From positions 132,952,269-133,009,115 of the forward strand of contig NC_068983.1 in the NCBI RefSeq assembly GCF_001194135.2: a stretch of 56,847 nucleotides of DNA. The letters run 5' to 3'. Below are positions 53,730-56,847 of this stretch, piece after piece (the stretch's first letter is position 1; each line of letters starts with the position of its first letter). The DNA comes from Octopus bimaculoides. Its lineage: Eukaryota. The notes beneath the pieces were generated by a model. The model saw only the letters and a program-made list of their open reading frames with translations. It did no database searches and was not told the DNA's origin. A program made the translations under genes and the position numbers.

Positions 53730-54046
53730 GTGGGCAATTATAGAGTGAATTTTTAGGGCTTATAAATCTAATATTTTCCTATCCTTTCTTAATACCAGTT
53801 CCTATATGCTATTCATATCTGCACTCGAACTGCTTAGGCGGTTATTGTGTCCTAGCATATGTACTGCTTCTCTTAGTTTTTCGTATTTTCCAGTGGTGTT
53901 CTCCGTCTCTTATTTTAACTTCATCCCACAGAGGGAGGTGGTCTCCATTTTTTTTGATTAAGGAAGGATAGGCATACGGCGTAGTGGTTAAGAGCGCCGG
54001 CTAGTAAACCCAAGATTCCGAGTCCGAGTTCGATTCCAGGCAGTGA

Positions 54047-54105
<59 letters not shown>

Positions 54106-54194
54106 GCAACAACAAAGACAATAATAATAATAACAATAATAATAAAATCGAAAAATATCTTAGGAATGAGAACCCAGGTTCGATATTTCCCCCA

Positions 54195-54240
54195 GACACC
54201 TGATGAAGGCTGGAAGGTATATCAGGCGAAACGATGTGTT
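54195..54240 (+). ncRNA. Minimal hammerhead ribozyme motif in pLTR (degenerate)
   Basis: GACAC-CTGATGA-A-GGCTG-loop-CAGGC-GAAA-CGAT-GTGTT. Confidence 0.7.
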
Positions 54241-55324
54241 AACAACAAACAAGATGAGGACGAATATCTGTCAAATGTAAATAATATAAATAATGTATAT
54301 AATTACTTATCTCTTAAGTATAGAACGGAAATTCGATCGTGGTTGAATTTGAATTCAAAGAAAGGACAGTTCAAAAAGATCGATCGAACAGCTTGGTTGG
54401 AAAAAGAATCCTCATCCACCTTATTCTCCCGACCTCGCTCCTTCAGACTACTATTTGTTTTGTAGTTTACAGAATCAGTTTGGGGACATAACTTTCGCAA
54501 ACCAGGAGGAGGTCGAAACTGACGNNNNNNNNNNNNNNNNNNNNNNNNNNNNNNNNNNNNNNNNNNNNNNNNNNNNNNNNNNNNNNNNNNNNNNNNNNNN
54601 NNNNNNNNNNNNNNNNNNNNNNNNNNNNNNNNNNNNNNNNNNNNNNNNNNNNNNNNNNNNNNNNNNNNNNNNNNNNNNNNNNNNNNNNNNNNNNNNNNNN
54701 NNNNNNNNNNNNNNNNNNNNNNNNNNNNNNNNNNNNNNNNNNNNNNNNNNNNNNNNNNNNNNNNNNNNNNNNNNNNNNNNNNNNNNNNNNNNNNNNNNNN
54801 NNNNNNNNNNNNNNNNNNNNNNNNNNNNNNNNNNNNNNNNNNNNNNNNNNNNNNNNNNNNNNNNNNNNNNNNNNNNNNNNNNNNNNNNNNNNNNNNNNNN
54901 NNNNNNNNNNNNNNNNNNNNNNNNNNNNNNNNNNNNNNNNNNNNNNNNNNNNNNNNNNNNNNNNNNNNNNNNNNNNNNNNNNNNNNNNNNNNNNNNNNNN
55001 NNNNNNNNNNNNNNNNNNNNNNNNNNNNNNNNNNNNNNNNNNNNNNNNNNNNNNNNNNNNNNNNNNNNNNNNNNNNNNNNNNNNNNNNNNNNNNNNNNNN
55101 NNNNNNNNNNNNNNNNNNNNNNNNNNNNNNNNNNNNNNNNNNNNNNNNNNNNNNNNNNNNNNNNNNNNNNNNNNNNNNNNNNNNNNNNNNNNNNNNNNNN
55201 NNNNNNNNNNNNNNNNNNNNNNNNNNNNNNNNNNNNNNNNNNNNNNNNNNNNNNNNNNNNNNNNNNNNNNNNNNNNNNNNNNNNNNNNNNNNNNNNNNNN
55301 NNNNNNNNNNNNNNNNNNNNNNNN

Positions 55325-55361
<37 letters not shown>

Positions 55362-55374
55362 TTTTATTCTTTTA

Positions 55375-55574
55375 CATGTTACAGTCATTTGACTGCGGGC
55401 ATGCTGCAGCAATGTCTTTAGAGGAACACATGAACCCCAGGACTTATACTTTGTAAACATAGTACTTATTTCATCTGAATATTTTAGCAAACTGCTAAGT
55501 TACGATGACATTATCACACCAACATGGGTTGTCAACCAACGGTGGAAGGACAATCACAGACACACAAACATATA

Positions 55575-55611
<37 letters not shown>

Positions 55612-55618
55612 GACAGGC
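55375..55618 (-). mobile_element. 3' half of the composite SINE with internal (TA)n
   Basis: CAGTCATTTGACTGCGGGCATGCTG...AGTACTTATT...GGTTGTCAAC shared with 38385-38570 and 40630-40790. Confidence 0.75.
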
Positions 55619-55663
55619 AAGTAACAGATAAAAGATAGATGGCGAGATCGATATATTGACAGG

Positions 55664-55880
55664 TATGTATGTAGGTAGGTAGGTAGGTAGGTAGGTAGGT
55701 AGGTAGGTAGGTAGGTAGGTAGGTAAGTAGGTAGGGAGGTAGGTAGGTAGGTAGGTAATTAGGTAGGTAGGTAATTAGGTAGGTAGATAGGTAGGTAGGT
55801 AGATAGGTAGGTACGTAGGTAGGTAGGTAGGTAGGTTGGTTGGTTGGTAGGTAGGTAGGTAGGTAGGTAGGTAGGTAGAA
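55664..55880 (+). repeat. (GGTA)n microsatellite
   Basis: Direct inspection. Confidence 0.97.
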
Positions 55881-56811
55881 AAAGGATTGGATCAGATGCA
55901 TTATCCAACATTACTACAAATGCTTATACGGAGGCAATAATATCTATCTGATTTTAATGAATTTCTAAATGTTGAACGAATACACAACACAAAATTTAAT
56001 GAATATTAGTATAATCCTTTAAATGCTTGGCTGAGATCTGGCTCTGAGTTCCTAGAAACATAAATACTTGAACAATATCAGACCCTTATACAAACATTAT
56101 TCATTTCTTCTAAAACATATACAGAAAAGAATCGCTACGATGATCTTTTGCATATGACTCCCTATGGAGTAGCGCCTATGCTCTGCTCCAGTAGTACAGC
56201 ATTATATGTTCTAAGTTGTTATAACATTCCATGGGAAATTTTCTGTGAGTTTCCTTCGTTAAATACTGGGTATGAGGTAATGTATTTTACCTTAAACTAA
56301 AAATTCCCTTGAGAAATTCAGTCCTCGTGGTCCTGACGAGTATATACGCTGACATTTTCTCTAAACAATAAACAAAATGTATCACTTTATTCAAATTGAA
56401 AACACAGTGAACGAAAACGGCGAATATTAACATCACTTTAAAACAGTTAATGAAAATGTGAGGCAGAGACTCCATCGCTTCTTATAATATTTGAAAGTAA
56501 ATCATGATCGTTGGCATTTAACAGAATATTTCAAATATCACTAATCACCTCACTATTATTTTGTACCAAACATGTCTGAGGCATTTAATGGTTTTAATTC
56601 ATAAATGTTGTTCGAAGTTGTGAAAGGGTTTAGTGTAGTGTGAAATTGGTATTTCATATGATATTTTCCACCGAACAACTGAAAACGAATAAACGACATA
56701 AACAAACAATAAATATGTCAATAATATCGATATATGTATATGTTTATATGTACACACAACACACACAAAACATACTCGTATCCACACCTGCACAAAGATA
56801 TGTGTGTGTCT

Positions 56812-56847
<36 letters not shown>

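Larger units (their letters stand above)
53484..54330. mobile_element. Second, shorter copy of the same PLE family: endonuclease 3' remnant plus pLTR (minus, 53484-53956) and inverted pLTR (plus, 53957-54330)
   Basis: 53730-53950 closely matches 24930-25150. Both halves carry the tRNA-like cassette, (AAT)n and CCTGATGAAG...GAAA motif seen at 24.6 and 26.4 kb. Confidence 0.92.

Overview
AT-rich, microsatellite-dense animal genomic DNA from a gapped short-read scaffold, with many N-gaps mostly flanked by (TA)n. The SINE repertoire suggests a coleoid cephalopod, probably Octopus (inference from recalled repeat families, not a database hit). The one clear protein-coding gene is an intronless 421-aa ORF on the minus strand (45056-46321). 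It aligns by eye to the Ste24/ZMPSTE24 (peptidase M48A) family but has lost the zinc-binding and catalytic residues (HELGH to DKLGH; EFQAD to NKKVD), so it is a candidate pseudo-protease. A probable small Cys-rich gene (three phase-compatible 3' exons plus stop and polyA signal) lies at 50.35-51.15 kb on the plus strand. Most other recognisable sequence is decayed mobile DNA: Penelope-like elements (PLEs), an R4/Dong LINE, a Tx1/L1-type ORF1, Tigger, two mariners, a non-autonomous Helitron and many tRNA-SINEs. The most striking non-coding system is the PLE terminal repeat, present in 4 copies. It combines a tRNA-like Pol III cassette (holding the ORF stop codon), an (AAT)n tract and a minimal type-I hammerhead ribozyme, arranged as inverted pairs at two loci. 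One copy has captured about 100 bp found again 10 kb away. Most long ORFs in the supplied track are microsatellite or N-gap artefacts.
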